Below are positions 13,501 through 29,835 of a stretch of 64,000 bases of DNA, piece after piece. The stretch's first letter is position 1. Every line of letters starts with the position of its first letter. Both the position numbers and the translations under genes were made by a program. This DNA comes from the human T2T-CHM13v2.0 reference genome, Homo sapiens, in assembly GCF_009914755.1 (NCBI RefSeq), contig NC_060926.1, one strand, 5' to 3'. The notes under the pieces are model-generated. The model saw only the letters and a list, made by a program, of their open reading frames with translations, was not told the DNA's origin and ran no database searches.

Positions 13501-14332
13501 GCTGGTCTTTTGGCTGCTTCCTTTGACTCCATATGCTATGAAGCTCAGACCCAGCCAGGCCTGACACAGCCAAGCCGTGCTTAGTGATGCCAGCTCACAG
13601 GGTGCTCATGGGCAGCCCTGATTGGTTGGAGGTCAGCAGGTTCTTTCTTAGTCATTCACCTGGTTAGTCACCGTCTCCACTGGCTGGAAGGATTCCTCCA
13701 GCTCCCTATCCCTGGTCTCCCAGCCAGGAAACCCTTCCTTTGCTGGTGCCCTAAGTTCACCCAACAGTAATAGAAAGTCATTTCTTAGGAAGTCTTAACC
13801 ACTTTAGCTGTTGAGTCATTAAACTCCTCCAGGGCCCAAGCCTCATCTATTCATAGCTCAGAGGCTGTCAGAGCAGGAAGGGGCTTCGGAGATCAGCTGG
13901 TACCACCCCCTGCTCTGACAGATAAGGAGTCAGAGAGGTGACAGAAATCACACAGTCAGAGGGTAGCAAAAACCTAACCCCCAGTCCCCTACTCCTTCTA
14001 CTTGTTCAGGATACTTATTTATTATTTTTATTAACAACAGCAGCAGCAACAACAATAACAATGGCAACCACCATTTATTATTTACTTTGTGGCAGGCTCT
14101 ATACTAGACGCTTCATTTGTACCCCCTTATTTAATTCTCTCACCAACCTCTCTAGATAGGCATTATTACCCCCATTTTTCAGCTGAGGAACCTGAGGCTC
14201 TGAGGGTAGATGACTCCCCCATGGCCTCAGGCCTCGGAAGCATGGCACTTGCCCAGATTCAATTGGACCTCACTGACTCTCCTGCCCTGAATTTTTCACG
14301 AATTCTTTCTCCATTTCAAGAGCCCATTCCAT

Positions 14333-14599
14333 GCTGGGTGCAGTGGCTGACACCGGTAATCCCAGCACTTTGGGAGGCGGAGGCAGAAGTAGACAGATCG
14401 CTTGAGGCCAGGAGGTCCAGACCAGCCCGGACAACATGGCAAAACCCAGTCTCTACTAAAAATACAAAAATTAGCCAGGCATGGTGGTTCATGCCTGTAG
14501 TCCCAGCTACTCAGGAGGCTGAGGCATGAGAATCACTTGAACGCAGAAGGCAGAGGCTGCAGTGAGCCGAGATCGCACCATTGCACTCCAGCCTAGGGC
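14333..14599 (+). mobile_element. Alu, 3'-truncated (no A tail)
   Basis: Two arms with TACTAAAAATACAAAAA linker; stops after gcactccagcctaggg. Confidence 0.85.
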
Positions 14600-15439
14600 A
14601 CCTAGAAGCCAAGGCTTGCCTTTTCCCCAGCAAAGCCCTCCCCAGAAGCAGGGGGCTTCCTGCTCGAGCACACTCCAGTCAGGCCTGCTGCTTGCCACAC
14701 CCTGGCCCCTGACCAAACCAGACGACTTGTCACAGCTGTGCCCAGCACCCGCCATGGGCACCTGCCATGGGCTCGCAGGTGCCCATTCTCCCACTGCAGG
14801 TCCTGGGAATCTTTTTGGCTCTAAGGCAACAACAAAGAGACCAGGTGATTGATTCGCTGATGGGGCTGGGGCAGAAAACCTTCTGTTCCGCTCTTTCCCC
14901 AGCTTCCAGCCTGTGCTCAGCTGAGCACCACCTCCCGTCACCCACCACATGGCCTGAGAACCCTTAGACTGTGAACTCAAGCAGGTGATTCATGAGGAAA
15001 CCTATACTTTTTACATCTTTTCAAGAAGGAGAGTACAGATGTGACCTGCCACCCCCAAAATCCCAGAGGTCCTAAAATAAGAGAAGGAGACATTAGCAAT
15101 CTTCCAAACACCCAGAGAGGTGAGCGGCTTGTCCACACTCACACAGGGAGTTGAGAGTATGACCCTGACTAGAAGCCAGGCCTTCCAGTGCCTGCACTGG
15201 TGTTCTCTGCATCCTCCAGCCTGTCCCCCACATCCCACCATCTCTCTTAGCACTCAGGCCTCTGGCAGCTCATCACTCCATTGTTCGAGGCCTCTTTCGA
15301 CTTTCCAAGGTGAAGGAAGGGTAGCCCAGCCTAGGAAAGTCCCGGCACCCACCTCAGTTGGCATTTCCTTCCTGCCCACAGGCTAGCCCGTGGGCGTGCT
15401 TCGACCCCACAATTTCTGCAGGGCAGCGGAGGAACATAG

Positions 15440-15665
15440 GCACTGACTTGGAAGCTGGAGTGCCTGGGTTCATCTCAATCCACCCTATCCCCATTCCCCT
15501 ACTGCCACTAGCTGTATGTCCTTGGACACATTATCTAATCTCTCTGAGCTTGTTTTGTCATTTACAAAGTGGGGATAATAATATCTGCCTGCCAGGATTA
15601 AATGGGATCATAAAAAGAAAGTGCCTGGTACAGAGAAGGCACTTAATAATTTGCCATTATTATTG
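15440..15665 (+). mobile_element. MIR SINE
   Basis: gctgtatgtccttggac...gtggggataataatat...gtgcctggtacagagaaggcacttaataa. Confidence 0.65.
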
Positions 15666-15928
15666 TTATTAATACTATTGTTTGTGCATTATTACTTGCC
15701 TTACCAAGGAACTGCTCTGTCTCCCAAGGGTTACCATGACCACGGCTACTTCTGCTGCTTCCTAACAGGTGGGAACAGTGAGGTTGAGGGCCAGGAGATT
15801 GCCACACCCTTTCCCCTTATCTTCCCAATCCCACTCCCCACCCCCCATCTCCCCGCTCCTCAGCCATGCCTGGTGTTTCCCTAACTGTCCAGGCTCCTGC
15901 TCCTCCTCAGAGCAGAAAGCTAGCAAGG

Positions 15929-16420
<492 letters not shown>

Positions 16421-17845
16421 CTACGGAGTGTGTTTGGCCAGAGATCTTTCTGACTGTGCCATGCCTCCTGTCTGCAGGTCCCGTTTCCACGCATTACCGT
16501 TAGGGGCTGGAGCATGGAGAGAGTGGGGGTGAGAACAGGACAGAAATAGAAGACACACGCCTGGCCACAGTGGGGACAGGACAAACACAATAAGTATTTT
16601 CAAAGCAAACATAAACAAGCACAGATGAATGTAGTGCAAATCACCACTATAAACAGCTTTCAGCTGGCTGCACAAACGGTGAATCTGTGAGTTGATTTTG
16701 TAATTAAAAAAATGTAGAAATGATTTCCCTGCAGTCAGCCAGCAGCAAGTGGAGACCAGACTCTAACTGAGACCACTGGGGGTCTAGGCCAAGCTCAGTG
16801 GAGACCCAGGACGGACACTCCCTCCTCCACTCCCTCTCCACCTTGGACACAGGGAACGGACAAGTGTCTGTAACAGGTCGGGTGCTGTCCACAACATTTC
16901 CTGTCACCAGAATCTCCACACTGCTCCAGGACGGCAGGCGGCATCATCCTGCACAGTCAAGGAAAAGGACGCTCAGAGAAGTTCAGAAATCTGGGCAGGA
17001 CCCTACAAATATAAAATGACAGCACCAGGACTTGCACCCAGGTCTGTAGGGAGTATTTCTTCATGGAGTCATGCAACCCCCACTCCCCATGGAGCCTCTG
17101 CGACTCCTTCCATGTGAACACAGCTAGCGGTGGCAGATGGGTACCAGGGTCTATGCAGGGTGCTCAGTTGTGGGCTCAGCTTCAGGGTCTCTTGCCCTCA
17201 GAACTATGGATAGAGCATTTAGCCCAAAGAGAGAACAGAATTTTAGCTCCAATCCTCTCAGTTCACAGTTTGGAGACTAAAATCCAGGCTGGAGAAGGGT
17301 CATGCTTACAGCTATCATCAGAGCTGGGCATAGAGCCCTGTTTCCTGACCCCTCCGCTAGCCTCTGGTCCTCAGAGAGCCACATGACAAATGTCTTTCGT
17401 GGCAGCACAAAGAGCAGTCAACCGCCCAGCTGATGCCACCGCCTCCCTGTCTGTCCACATTCTCTCATTGTGCAGAAACTGCCCATGCTACAGCAGCTCC
17501 CAGGTGGCTCCCAGAGACCTTCCCCTTAGCTGGAGCCAGCATCCCCAAGCTACTGCCACAAGTCACACCTTCACTTTCCCATTTGCTAGAGCCAGCCTCA
17601 ACTGTGGCCTGGAGCCACAGCTCCAGTTCTCCTGGGCTGGTGGCCTCTCTGGCTGGGCCTGACATCCCATCCTCACCCTTCACAAAAGCAAGTTCCTTAC
17701 TACCCCTGCTTCCTCCAGTGACACAGCAAAGATCCCTTAGTGAAGGGGCCATGTGGCTGCCAGGAATGTGGGGCAGGAGGCTGGCCTTCATGCTAGAGAG
17801 GTCTTAGACAAATTGTTTGCTGTTGCTGCTCCTGCTTCTCCCTCT

Positions 17846-17847
17846 TC

Positions 17848-17902
<55 letters not shown>

Positions 17903-17960
17903 CCATCATCATCATCATATCTCTCTCTCTGTCTCTCTCTCTCTCACTCTGTCTGTCTCT
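17846..17960. repeat. (TCA)n with CCA interruptions followed by (CT)n
   Basis: Direct reading. Confidence 0.9.
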
Positions 17961-18089
17961 TTGCTGGCTCTGTGATCATGGAAGGAGCAGACACTTCCCT
18001 GGTGTACCTCAGTCCTCCCATCTGTATAGAGGAAGCAGTCCACAGAGGGAACTGAGGAGGCCAGCTCAGCAATGCAGAGTTCTCTAAGT

Positions 18090-18260
18090 CAATACTTCTC
18101 AAACTGTAATGTGCAGGGAATAACCTGGTTGATCTGGTGTAAATGCAGATTCTGAATCAGCAGGTCTGGGGCAGAGCCTGAGATTCTGCATTTCCAAAAA
18201 GCCCCCAAGGGACACTGATGCTGTGGATCAGATCCATTGTCCACATTTTGAGTAGCAAGG
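18090..18260. mobile_element. MER5A/MER5B hAT-Charlie MITE
   Basis: cttctcaaact...aatgcagattctgaatcagcaggtctgggg...gagattctgcatttc...tttgagtagcaagg; 8-bp TSD-like ctctaagt / ctctaaag. Confidence 0.8.
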
Positions 18261-18797
18261 CTCTAAAGAACCTGGAGACCTGACATCTGGGAATAGCCAT
18301 GAGATGTGTGGACCACAGTTTTAAGAAAAAGAACGTCTGCAGCTGGAAAAGACCTTGGGAATCTGGTGGTAAAATGTCAGAGCTGAGGGCCCAGGAGCTG
18401 TGGCCGCTTCCCTGAGGCTGGAGCAATGCTATGTCTTGCCCCATAGGAGCCAGCTAGAGAGCCTGGGTGGAGCCGGGTGCTGTAGCTGGCACCGTGAGGT
18501 AGAAGAAAGGGAAGTGGAGAAGGTGGATGGAAAGGGAGGAGAGAAGTGGAGAAGGGCTTGCCCCATGAGGAGGCCAGGGAACAGGGGACCACTGGTCCTC
18601 AGTTGTTGCCATTTCCTCCCCTGTCTGCCAGGAAGGCACCTTAGATCAATGGAAAACCGGTACCCCAGAGATTAAACATCAGAGCGGGAAACTGGCTCCT
18701 CCCTCATATCATCAGCCTGTCTTAGTTTGGGCTGCTATCATAAATTACTGTAGACTGGGGGCTTGAACAACACACATTTTTTAAAAACTTTTATTTT

Positions 18798-19095
18798 GCC
18801 TGGCGCAGTGGCTCATGCCTGTGATCCCAACACTTTGGAGGCCAAGGCAGGGGATCACTTGAGGTCAAAAGTCTGAGACCAGCCTGGCCAACATGGTGAA
18901 ACCCTGTCTCTACTAAAAATACAAAAATTAGTGAGGCGTGGTGGCGCATGCCTGTAGTCCTAGCTATTCAGGGAGCTGGGGTGGGAGAATCACTTGAACC
19001 CAGGAGGCGGAGATTGCAGTGAGCCAAGAAAGCGCCACTGTACTCCAGCCTGGGCAACAGAGACAGACCCTGTCTCAATCAATCAATCAATCAAT
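18798..19095 (+). mobile_element. AluS with (TCAA)n tail
   Basis: Perfect 15-bp TSD aaaaacttttatttt at 18783-18797 and 19096-19110. Confidence 0.93.
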
Positions 19096-19110
19096 AAAAA
19101 CTTTTATTTT

Positions 19111-19280
19111 AAGTTCAGGGATACACATTCAGGTTTGTTATATAGGTAAACCTGTGACATGGGGGGGTTTTTGTACAGATTATTTCATCACCGAGGTACT
19201 AAGCCTAGGACCTATTAGTTATTTTTCCTGATCCTCTCTCTCCTTCTACCCTCCACCCTCGAGTAGGCCCCAGTGTGTGT
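19111..19280 (-). mobile_element. Old primate L1 (L1PA13-16-like) 3' end fragment
   Basis: aagttcaggg...caggtttgttatataggtaaac...gtacagattatttcatcacc...ttttcctgatcctctc...ccctccaccctc...ggccccagtgtgtgt. Confidence 0.75.
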
Positions 19281-19449
19281 GGATCCAGTGGCTGTGAGAG
19301 CTGGCTTCCTGGCTTACAGATAGCCATCTTCTCACTGTGTCCTCACATCCTCACATGACAGAGAGAGAGAGAAAATGAGAGAGAGTGCTACCAGACACTC
19401 ACCCTGCTGCAGGCTACAGTGTGGAATGCAGATAGTAGCACAAGACCTG

Positions 19450-19810
19450 TTTTCTTTGGGCCATGTGTGTATGCAAACTTTAAAAGGGGCATCAACAACC
19501 TGGGGGACTGTCAGAGGAGAGGAGCAGCAGGTCAAATGAGAGACACTTGGTAGAGCGGGCATGGACAGCATGAGTCCCAACTTCAAATATCTGCTGGGCT
19601 ATTGTGAGGTGAAAGAACCAATCTTGCTCTGAGTGTGTCCAAGGGGTTGAACCAGCAGCAGTGGGTAAAGCTCATAGAAAGACTTGATTTAGTTCACTGT
19701 AAAGCAGAACTTGTTAAAATTGAAGCTGACCAAAGATGAATTGCACTGCCTCAAGAGGTAGTGAGCTTCCCATCACAGGAAGTATACAAGCAGACACTGG
19801 ATGGACGTAC
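19450..19810 (+). mobile_element. L3/CR1 LINE 3' fragment
   Basis: ttcaaatatctg...ctgcctcaagaggtagtgagcttcccatcacaggaagtatacaagcaga. Confidence 0.6.
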
Positions 19811-19823
19811 TACAAAAGCCACT

Positions 19824-20539
<716 letters not shown>

Positions 20540-22097
20540 CCACCCATATATCCCACTAAGGGTCACAATAAATGGCTTTTAAGATTCTTCCCAACCCTGA
20601 GATGCTTTGATTTATTTATCTTCAAAGGGGCAGCCTGGAGAGTTTGAGCACCCAGAGTGGGACTCAGGAGTGTCCTTGGGGCCCTGAGGCCCTCTGGGTC
20701 CCCTTCCAAATTGAATTGGCTTCAGCCTTCCTTTCAGTTCAGTTAACCAAAGATCATTTGAGATGTCCCGAAATCTCCTGTGTGCCAGGCACTATGTGAG
20801 GCATCAAGAGAATGAAAAACTAAGACCTAGAGCCTTCCCCAAGGAGCCTTGGGTCAGTGGAATCTGAAAAGCACAAGTTGCATGGTGCACATGCTAAATC
20901 CAAGTACAGTGACCCAAAGAAGGGTCTGAGAAGGTGTCCAGGGGTAGGTTTGAACAATGCGTGAGGACTTCAGGAGGTGAAGATCAGCAGCCAGAGCTTT
21001 CTGCGGTGAGCATGACACACGCCAGGGCATGAGCATGCCCAAGGAAATGTACTCGTGAGCAGATCCTGGAGGGCTCTGGACTCTGGTGTGTGGACTTGAG
21101 TGGACAAGCACTGGAAGACAGAGGATAGGCCCGATCTGTGTGCCCCTGCCTGAGTCCTGACCAGTGAATGCCCCAATGACCCCAGTTGAAGCAGTGGGTG
21201 CCCTGTGATTCCAGTTGAACCCAAGGGTAATGGTGACCTGAATCCTGATTGCCTGACTTCCCGCCCACCCTGCTCACCCAGCAGCCCTCTGTCAGCCCCC
21301 AGGGAGTTTTTGACTCCCCTATCCCATTTCCTTTTCTGGGCCAAAGTTCCACTCTGGAGCTCACACCAAGTACAGTTTTATTGACGGCTTGCAGGAGCAC
21401 CGGGACGGTGCTAAGCTGAAGATGATGCTGCCATCCAACACTGAATGCACAGCTTCTGCATGGACAACCCCAGGCCCCTGCTCTCAGACCCCTTTTCTCT
21501 CCCACACACCCTCCCACAAATCCAAATTTCTGGATCCCAAGCGTACCCTCCTTGATTTCTGCTCCGGGCTCCGAGGCTTGGCATGGACTCAGTGTCCCTC
21601 ATCAGGAATGCACAGGCCTCTCCTAACCACAACTCTGATTCAGAAATAACCATCTTGGAAACATCCTGAGAGTCACATTCCAGCCCTCCAGCCATAGGAC
21701 CATCCGGGGCTTTCTCCAGGGAACTGAACTGTCAGGCCCCAGTGGGGCAGCCTGGAGAGATCTACACAGGCACTGAGACAGGGGCAGGCCCGCTCCTCCA
21801 GGATGAGGTCTAGTCCCCCTGCCCGTGCAGAGGAGATTCCCTGGGGCTTTGGGGGCAGGCACGGTACAGACAGTTCCAGGCAGGGCAAGCCTCCGATCAA
21901 CGCAACAGATGGATCTGCCCTGGACTGTTCCACACAGATCTTACCCCCAACATGGAGCAGCCGCTCCTCAGGGAGCCTGCCTCTGTTACCACAGTCATGA
22001 ACTAAGGTTGGCATTCATCAGGAGGTTACTCTGGACTGAGCCCTTTACAGGCATTACCTCATCCAATCCTCATGGCTGCCCTAGGAGGGAGGCACTA

Positions 22098-22395
22098 TTT
22101 TCTTTCTTTCTTTTTTTTTTGGAGGCAGGGTCTCACTGTGTCTCCCAGGCTGGAGGGTAGCCATGATCATGGCTCACTGCAGCCTCGACTTCCCTGGCTC
22201 AAATGACCCTCCCACCTCAGCCTCCCAAGTAGCTGGAATCACAGGCATGTGCCACTACACCCAGCTAATTTTTAAATTTTAAGTAGAGACAGGGTCTTTC
22301 TATGTTGCCCAAGCTGGTCTCAAACTCCTGGGTGATCCTCCCATCTCGGCCTCCCAAAGTTCTGGGATTACAGGTGTGAGCCACTGCATGTGGCC
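22098..22395 (-). mobile_element. AluJ, antisense, inside a MIR
   Basis: J-type motifs (cactgcagcctcgac, ctatgttgccca); TSD-like ggaggcactatt / ggagacagtatt. Confidence 0.88.
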
Positions 22396-25089
22396 TGGAG
22401 ACAGTATTATTATCCCCATTTTACAGATGAGAACACTGAGGCTCAGGGGGGTCAGGGGATGTGTCCAAAGTCATGCAGCTGGCAAATGGCAGAACACGGA
22501 TATGTTAAGCACTCGGTCATCGAGTGTCTCTGAGCCTCATATCAACCCCAAGGTGTAGGCATCATTATTCCTACTTTGCCAACAAAGAAATTGGACTTGA
22601 GAGATAAGGTCACTTCCTGCAATTGAGGGTCAGTGAACGTGGGAGCCAGAGTCCAGTCCAGACTTCCCAACCTTAACACCTAGCTTCTCCCCGACCCACC
22701 CCAACCACAAGTGCCCTTGCCCCCTTGACAGTGGCAGAAAATAGGTCATTCCCGTAGTAGGGATATTAGAGATGTCACAGAGGGTTGTGTTGGCCTATGA
22801 GGGGCAAAAAGGCAGCATTGGGGGCAGGGGCAGTTGTCACAGAATGGCCTTGGTTCCCGGCCTTTGTCCACACCATCCCACTGAACAGGATGGGAATCTG
22901 AGACCAGAATGGGGACAGAGTGACGGTTCTTAAGAGTGGCCACTGAGTGGAGAGGAGGCCTTGCTGAGGGTGACTTGGGCAACTCACCTGCTCCCTGGTA
23001 TGGAGGTAGGGGGGTGGGGGGCAGGTCAGACGGCCCTTGTGTGCTGAGTAGGGAGGTTACCCCCGTAGCAGCAGTTGCTGGAACCAGAGTCATGGGTGTG
23101 AGGACCCTGCCCACGGGAGTTAATTCATTAGGGCTGAGGTAAGCCCAGGAGGCTTCAAGTCTGAAGGACCCCCCAGGCGATTGGAATCTGCAGCCTGGAT
23201 CTGGGATGATGGAGAAGAGAGCTTGTTGGGATCTGTATTCCATACTTGGGAGGCTGGGCCACTCACCAGCTGCTAGAATTTTCTTTCTGGCTGTCCTTGG
23301 TGTCTCAGAAACATGCAAAGGTGGCTGAGGAAGATCTTTGCTCATCCTCGAGCCAAAGCTCCTGGGGTGAGCCAGGTGGCCAAGACATCAGGAGTCAGTG
23401 GGTGGCCCCCAGAGAAGGTCGTTTCCCCTCCCCCCCAGAGGAGGAGCTGGAGAGGGCCTCAGTAGGGGTCCTGGGGTCCTGGGGACAGGTCTGTCTTTCG
23501 CTTCATGGCTTTAGCTCTCACTGCCTGCTCTCAAACAACCCCAGGGAAGGGGGTCAGCCCAGGGGAGGCCCCCTCCACTGGGAACAAATCTGGGGTTGGG
23601 GCCAGGCTGAGCCAGGGTGCCCCCTTCTTCAGCATGACTCTGAGTCATGGATTTTCCAGCATGAGGGTCAGGCAAAGTAAGACCCTCCAGGGCTTCCTGG
23701 GGCTCTGGAGCAGGGGCTCCTCTTGTCCTTGGTCCACCTCCAGGAGGGGCCGGAGAGAGAAAACCTGGAACCAAACTCAGTGGGCAGCCCTCCTCTTGCA
23801 TGCCGTGCCCAGCTAAGTGCCCTGGAGTCCCGAGCACTCATCTGCCTGGGCTCCAAAGAGGCCCTGCTGTCCCCTGCCTGCTTCCAGGGGGTGGGCCAGT
23901 GAACTCGTAGAGGCAGGCATCTCGTCCTTTCTTGCAGCTGTGACGGGCCAAGGAAAGAGGGGATCCAGCCTCCTCCACTGCTCCTCTGCTCCTCTGCTCC
24001 CACCTGGCTGTGAAACCTGGGGCGAGTCATACCTGCCCCTGGCCTTGTCTGTGAGGGACTGGGCTGGTGGCACCTAAAGCCCTTCCAGTTGGGGCCGTCT
24101 CTGTTGCACCTGCCCTGGCCTCCCCTCCAGCCCTCCCGAGAAGCATGCTACCCAGGATTACGCTTTTGTCCCCGCTTCACCCCATGCTGTCCGAGCCCTG
24201 AAGAGACTTCCTCTGTGTCTAGTCCCAAGAATAGAGTTCTGTCAAGGACCTCCAAGTCACCCCTTGCTGGAAAGAGAGCATTCTTGAGTGTGGCCGAGGT
24301 CCTGCTTATCAGCACAGCGAGTCCACTGCCCCAGCCCCTGGGGCTGCTGGAATGCAGGAGCCTCCCACCCGGACAGGGTCAGCTGCTCACGGCTCCCACA
24401 GTAGTCCCTGGAATGGAGTGCGGGAGGGAGCACTGGTGCTGAGGGCAGGCTGATCCCAGCCACTGCCTTCCGACAGGGAGTGGCCAGGAGCGAGGCTGCA
24501 GACACAGTTTTGTTGCACCCCAGCTGGCCCAGGATGTGTGTACTGGCAGCCAGTCCTGCCATCCAGGCCCTGGGCTTGCTCCAAGGCTGCCAGGGTACCG
24601 GGAGCTGTGTTCTGCTCATGCACCAGCCTTCAACATTTCACCTTGACCAGTGACCCACTGGATCTTCTCAGGGTCAGGGTTTAGCCCTGGGGGTCTCCAC
24701 TGTGGTTTGATCACTCAGAATGTTTTGGGGCCTGGTGTGATTCCCTGCTACAGAGCCTACACAGTCATGTACTCAACCTTTGGCCAGGATGGGGTGAGTT
24801 CAGGGTGCTGCTGATGGTCCGCACCTGCAGAGTAGAGGCTCAGGCAGACAGCAGATAGCATTCTGGCAATTCCCAGAGTCCTGCAGATGCTTCAGATTCT
24901 TTGAGAACCACTGATGCAGCCCAACCCTTCTCTCTTCCAGATGAGGGGATGAGACCCAAGGCAGGGTGCAGGGGAGATGGGCAGTGGCGTGCCTCCACTA
25001 CACAGCAGTCCAGTGACAAAGCAGTCCTCGAACTCAGGTCCCCGACTCTTTCCACTCCCCTCAGGCACCCACGCAGTCATTCCTCCACC

Positions 25090-26750
<1,661 letters not shown>

Positions 26751-28705
26751 GAGGGTGGTGGGAGTCGGCCTGAGGTGGAACAGTGAGGCCAGATTCCAGG
26801 AGAGGCAGGGAAAGAGCAACTATACCACAGCTCGCCCTATTTTCAGGCCTTTCCGTAAATGCTTCACACCCTCCCCCTGCAGAGACCCATGAGGGAGTTA
26901 GCCTTATATCCCTCAAGCAAATGAGGCCTGAGGCCCAGCAAGGCGATGGGCGCAGGGCTACTGCCAGGAAGCCGAGTCCGGGCCTGTCTGACTCCAAAGC
27001 CCCCGCTCTTCCTCAGCAGTCCCTCACCCCAGCCCCACCAGCTCCGCCTGCCTTACCCTGCCGCTGCCTTCCACATTCCCTCCCACCTCATCCATCCTTG
27101 TCCTTTGATCATTTCTGTCAGCTTCCAGCCGTCTTGGCCTCTGCCTCCCTCCTCCGGGAAAGCTCTGCTTTTTCTCTTTGATCCTGCACGTCTGTCCTCT
27201 GCTGTGTCCTCAGCTGGGCCCCACGTCCCTCCCACCCTGTCCTTGCGAGATGTTCCCGCACCCTCTGCCAAGGGTGGGGGGCTGAAGAGTAACCAAGAGC
27301 TTTGCAGGGAACCTGGGCCTGCGAGACAGAAGTGTGGCCCCTGTCCCCCGACTGCTCTTTGGGAAAGAGCTTGGGGATCTTTGGGCCTAGCTGGGCTCAG
27401 CACAGGGGCCCAGAGATGAGATGCAAGCGCACAGTCCATCGATGCCTCCAGAGGCAGCCAGGAGCGAGCTGGCAGGGCCGTGCCTCCTTATCCTGATGGG
27501 TCAAGAAGGGCCTCGGTGCTTCTCGAGAAGGGTGCAGATGAAGAGCAGTGGGCCCAAGTCCTAAATAGGGAGTGGTAGCCAGCAACACCCACCGGTGCCT
27601 GCCACCACTCACACACAGGCTTCAGAGAAGAGGGGAGGGGCTTGGGAACTCAAAGACCCTTTTGGAGCCAGGTGACTCCAGTGGGAAGTCATGTGCAAGG
27701 CCCACAGACAGTGTAGGGGGGAAGAGGGAAGCCCTGGCAGGAGATGGGGGCCTGTCCAGCCTGGCTCCCCTTCCCTACCCTGGTCTCTGGGATAAAGGAG
27801 GCTGTCTGGGATGTCTGTAGCAGCCTCCAGCTCTGACCCTTGGGATTCTAAGGCCTTGGGATTCTGAGGCCCTGCTGCTCCCAGCTTCTCTGGGAGGGCC
27901 TGGCACCCGATTCTCAGCTGGAAGAGATGAATAGAGCAGACCCAACACCCAGACACCACGGAGGTCCAGCCGCTCTCCCGAAAGCCTGACAGGGGGCTGC
28001 AGTAGTAATTAGCTCCCCACATATCCCCGGGGTTATTTTTGTCTCATTCTCCCCTGGTTTATTTTTAAAGTAACACTGGCACGTGGCTGGCCGGCTGCCC
28101 TTCCCAGGTGCCTGTGCCAATTTGGGCCAGGAATGGAGCAGGGCAAAATGTGCCCCCTCCCTCACGGTCCCGCCCTGAGTGCCGGAGCTAACCAGCCCCT
28201 CACTGACTGGCTCCAGGGGGGTTCTTGCTGCACTGAAGCCCAGAGTCCAGCCTGTGGCAAGCAGGTGGGCTGGCAGCAGAAGACCCCTGGGAAATTACCA
28301 CGTCTCTGTCATGAAGCTGATACACATGTTGCCTAACCTTGACCGAGTCACCTCACCTGTCCCAGCATCGCCTCCTCATTTCTCAGTGGGATGAATGAAA
28401 GTGACATTGCCTTACTCACCGTGAAAACGCTCTGAAGTGTGCAATAAACTGAACTGGTGCAGACATCAAGGAACAGCGTGATTAACTCCCATATAAACAT
28501 GCTGCCCCGCACTCTCCCACTAAGTCCCCTCCAAGGCACATCTTTCTCCCTAGAGGAGTGACTCCCAGTCTGGAAGTCTCCACTCCCATTTCTCCCTTTC
28601 CCACCAGCCCTGAGACCTGCCCTCCACGTTTTCTGTTTGGCTGAACCCTAATCCAGGCTGCCTGGAGTGAAGGGAGGCAGTATAGGGGAGAGAGTATGAG
28701 GGAGA

Positions 28706-28905
28706 ACCTAGCTCTGCATTTACTTGCTGTGTGATCTTGAGCAACTGCTTGACCTCTCTGTGGCTCCGTTACTGCATCTTCAAATGGGGATAATAATAAT
28801 ATATACCAATAGGGTCGTTTGAAGATTACACAACGTACATATATTAGCTCGCTTAGAGCAGTGCCTGGCACGTAGTAAGCGCTCTATAAATGTTAGCTAA
28901 TATTG
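28706..28905 (+). mobile_element. MIR SINE (well preserved)
   Basis: gctctgc...gctgtgtgatcttgagcaa...aaatggggataataata...gcttagagcagtgcctggcacgtagtaagcgctc. Confidence 0.85.
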
Positions 28906-29129
28906 TTTTGAATTGGAGAGGAGGATCAGTGACAGAGGCATTTAATCATTCGAATAAAGTCAAGTGCAGAGAAAGCCAGCTTGCCCAGATTCCATATCGG
29001 GGCTGGGGGGAGGGAGCAGGGTAGCACTGTAAGCTGCAGCTGGGGGGAGCTGGGTCCTGGGGAGATTGCCTGGGTCCTCGGGAGGCTGCCCAGCTTGGAG
29101 CTCTTGGCACCATAAAAAGCAAGCTCAGG

Positions 29130-29600
29130 ACACCAGTGCATAAACAGGCAGCCTCTATAGATCACAGGAGCCAGGAAGTCACTCTCCTCTTATACCCTGG
29201 CCTGGCTGATCTCTTGCCAATGTTGCACTGTGAACAGTGGGTGCAGAGAAGCTGGAGGGCTTCAGGATGGCCGAGGCCACTGGAAAGGCTGGAAAATCAG
29301 AGGTCAGAAGAGAGCAACAAGCCCAGGGCAAGTCAGGTCTCAGAAACAGGCTGAGGTGGGTACTGCCTCCCTGTCTCCGTGTAAAGGGCAGTGTCCCCGA
29401 GGATGGGGACAACTGTTTGCTGTCTCCACGGAGGACAGACTGAGTCAAGCAACCGAAGGCTTGTTCACTTCATTCTGCAGAAAGAGCATTTCCTATAGGG
29501 TGCAGGGTTGAGTGAGTATGTTTCTACGGAGAGTGGTGGATTCTTAGCCTCCTAGAAGAGTCTGTGTCCCCTTGGCTGGAGAGAAGGGAGGCTGAATTCA
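29130..29600 (+). mobile_element. L3/CR1 LINE fragment
   Basis: CR1-like motifs (cagaagagagcaacaag, ctgtctccacggaggacagac, gagcatttcct). Confidence 0.45.
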
Positions 29601-29801
29601 GTGGCTTCTTTAGATCCCTAAGGGCCTGGAGCTTGTGAGAACAGTGGAAGGAGTGGGAGGCCCAGAGGCCAGGTCCTGTGAGGTGCTGCCTCTCCCTTTG
29701 TGCAGATGTCCCCCTTCCCTGTGTCTGTCCACCCTATAACCTATCGGGATGGTGGGCAGAGGCGTGCCCAGAGGCCACAGTAGGGGAGAGGCTGGGTGTT
29801 G

Positions 29802-29803
<2 letters not shown>

Positions 29804-29833
<30 letters not shown>
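29804..29833. repeat. (GT)15 microsatellite
   Basis: Direct reading. Confidence 0.92.

Positions 29834-29835
<2 letters not shown>

Larger units (their letters stand above)
18718..19390 (-). mobile_element. MLT1A-like MaLR LTR interrupted by L1 and Alu
   Basis: tgtcttagtt...ggctgctat...gactgggggctt...aacaac, resuming at about 19281 (gcttcctggcttacagat...ttctcactgtgtcctcacat). Confidence 0.65.

Noticed and set aside
27840-27873. 16-bp direct tandem repeat ttgggattct(a/g)aggcc and similar short doublets elsewhere
   Set aside because: Two-copy micro-duplications are common slippage products; no array or spacer structure (not CRISPR-like).
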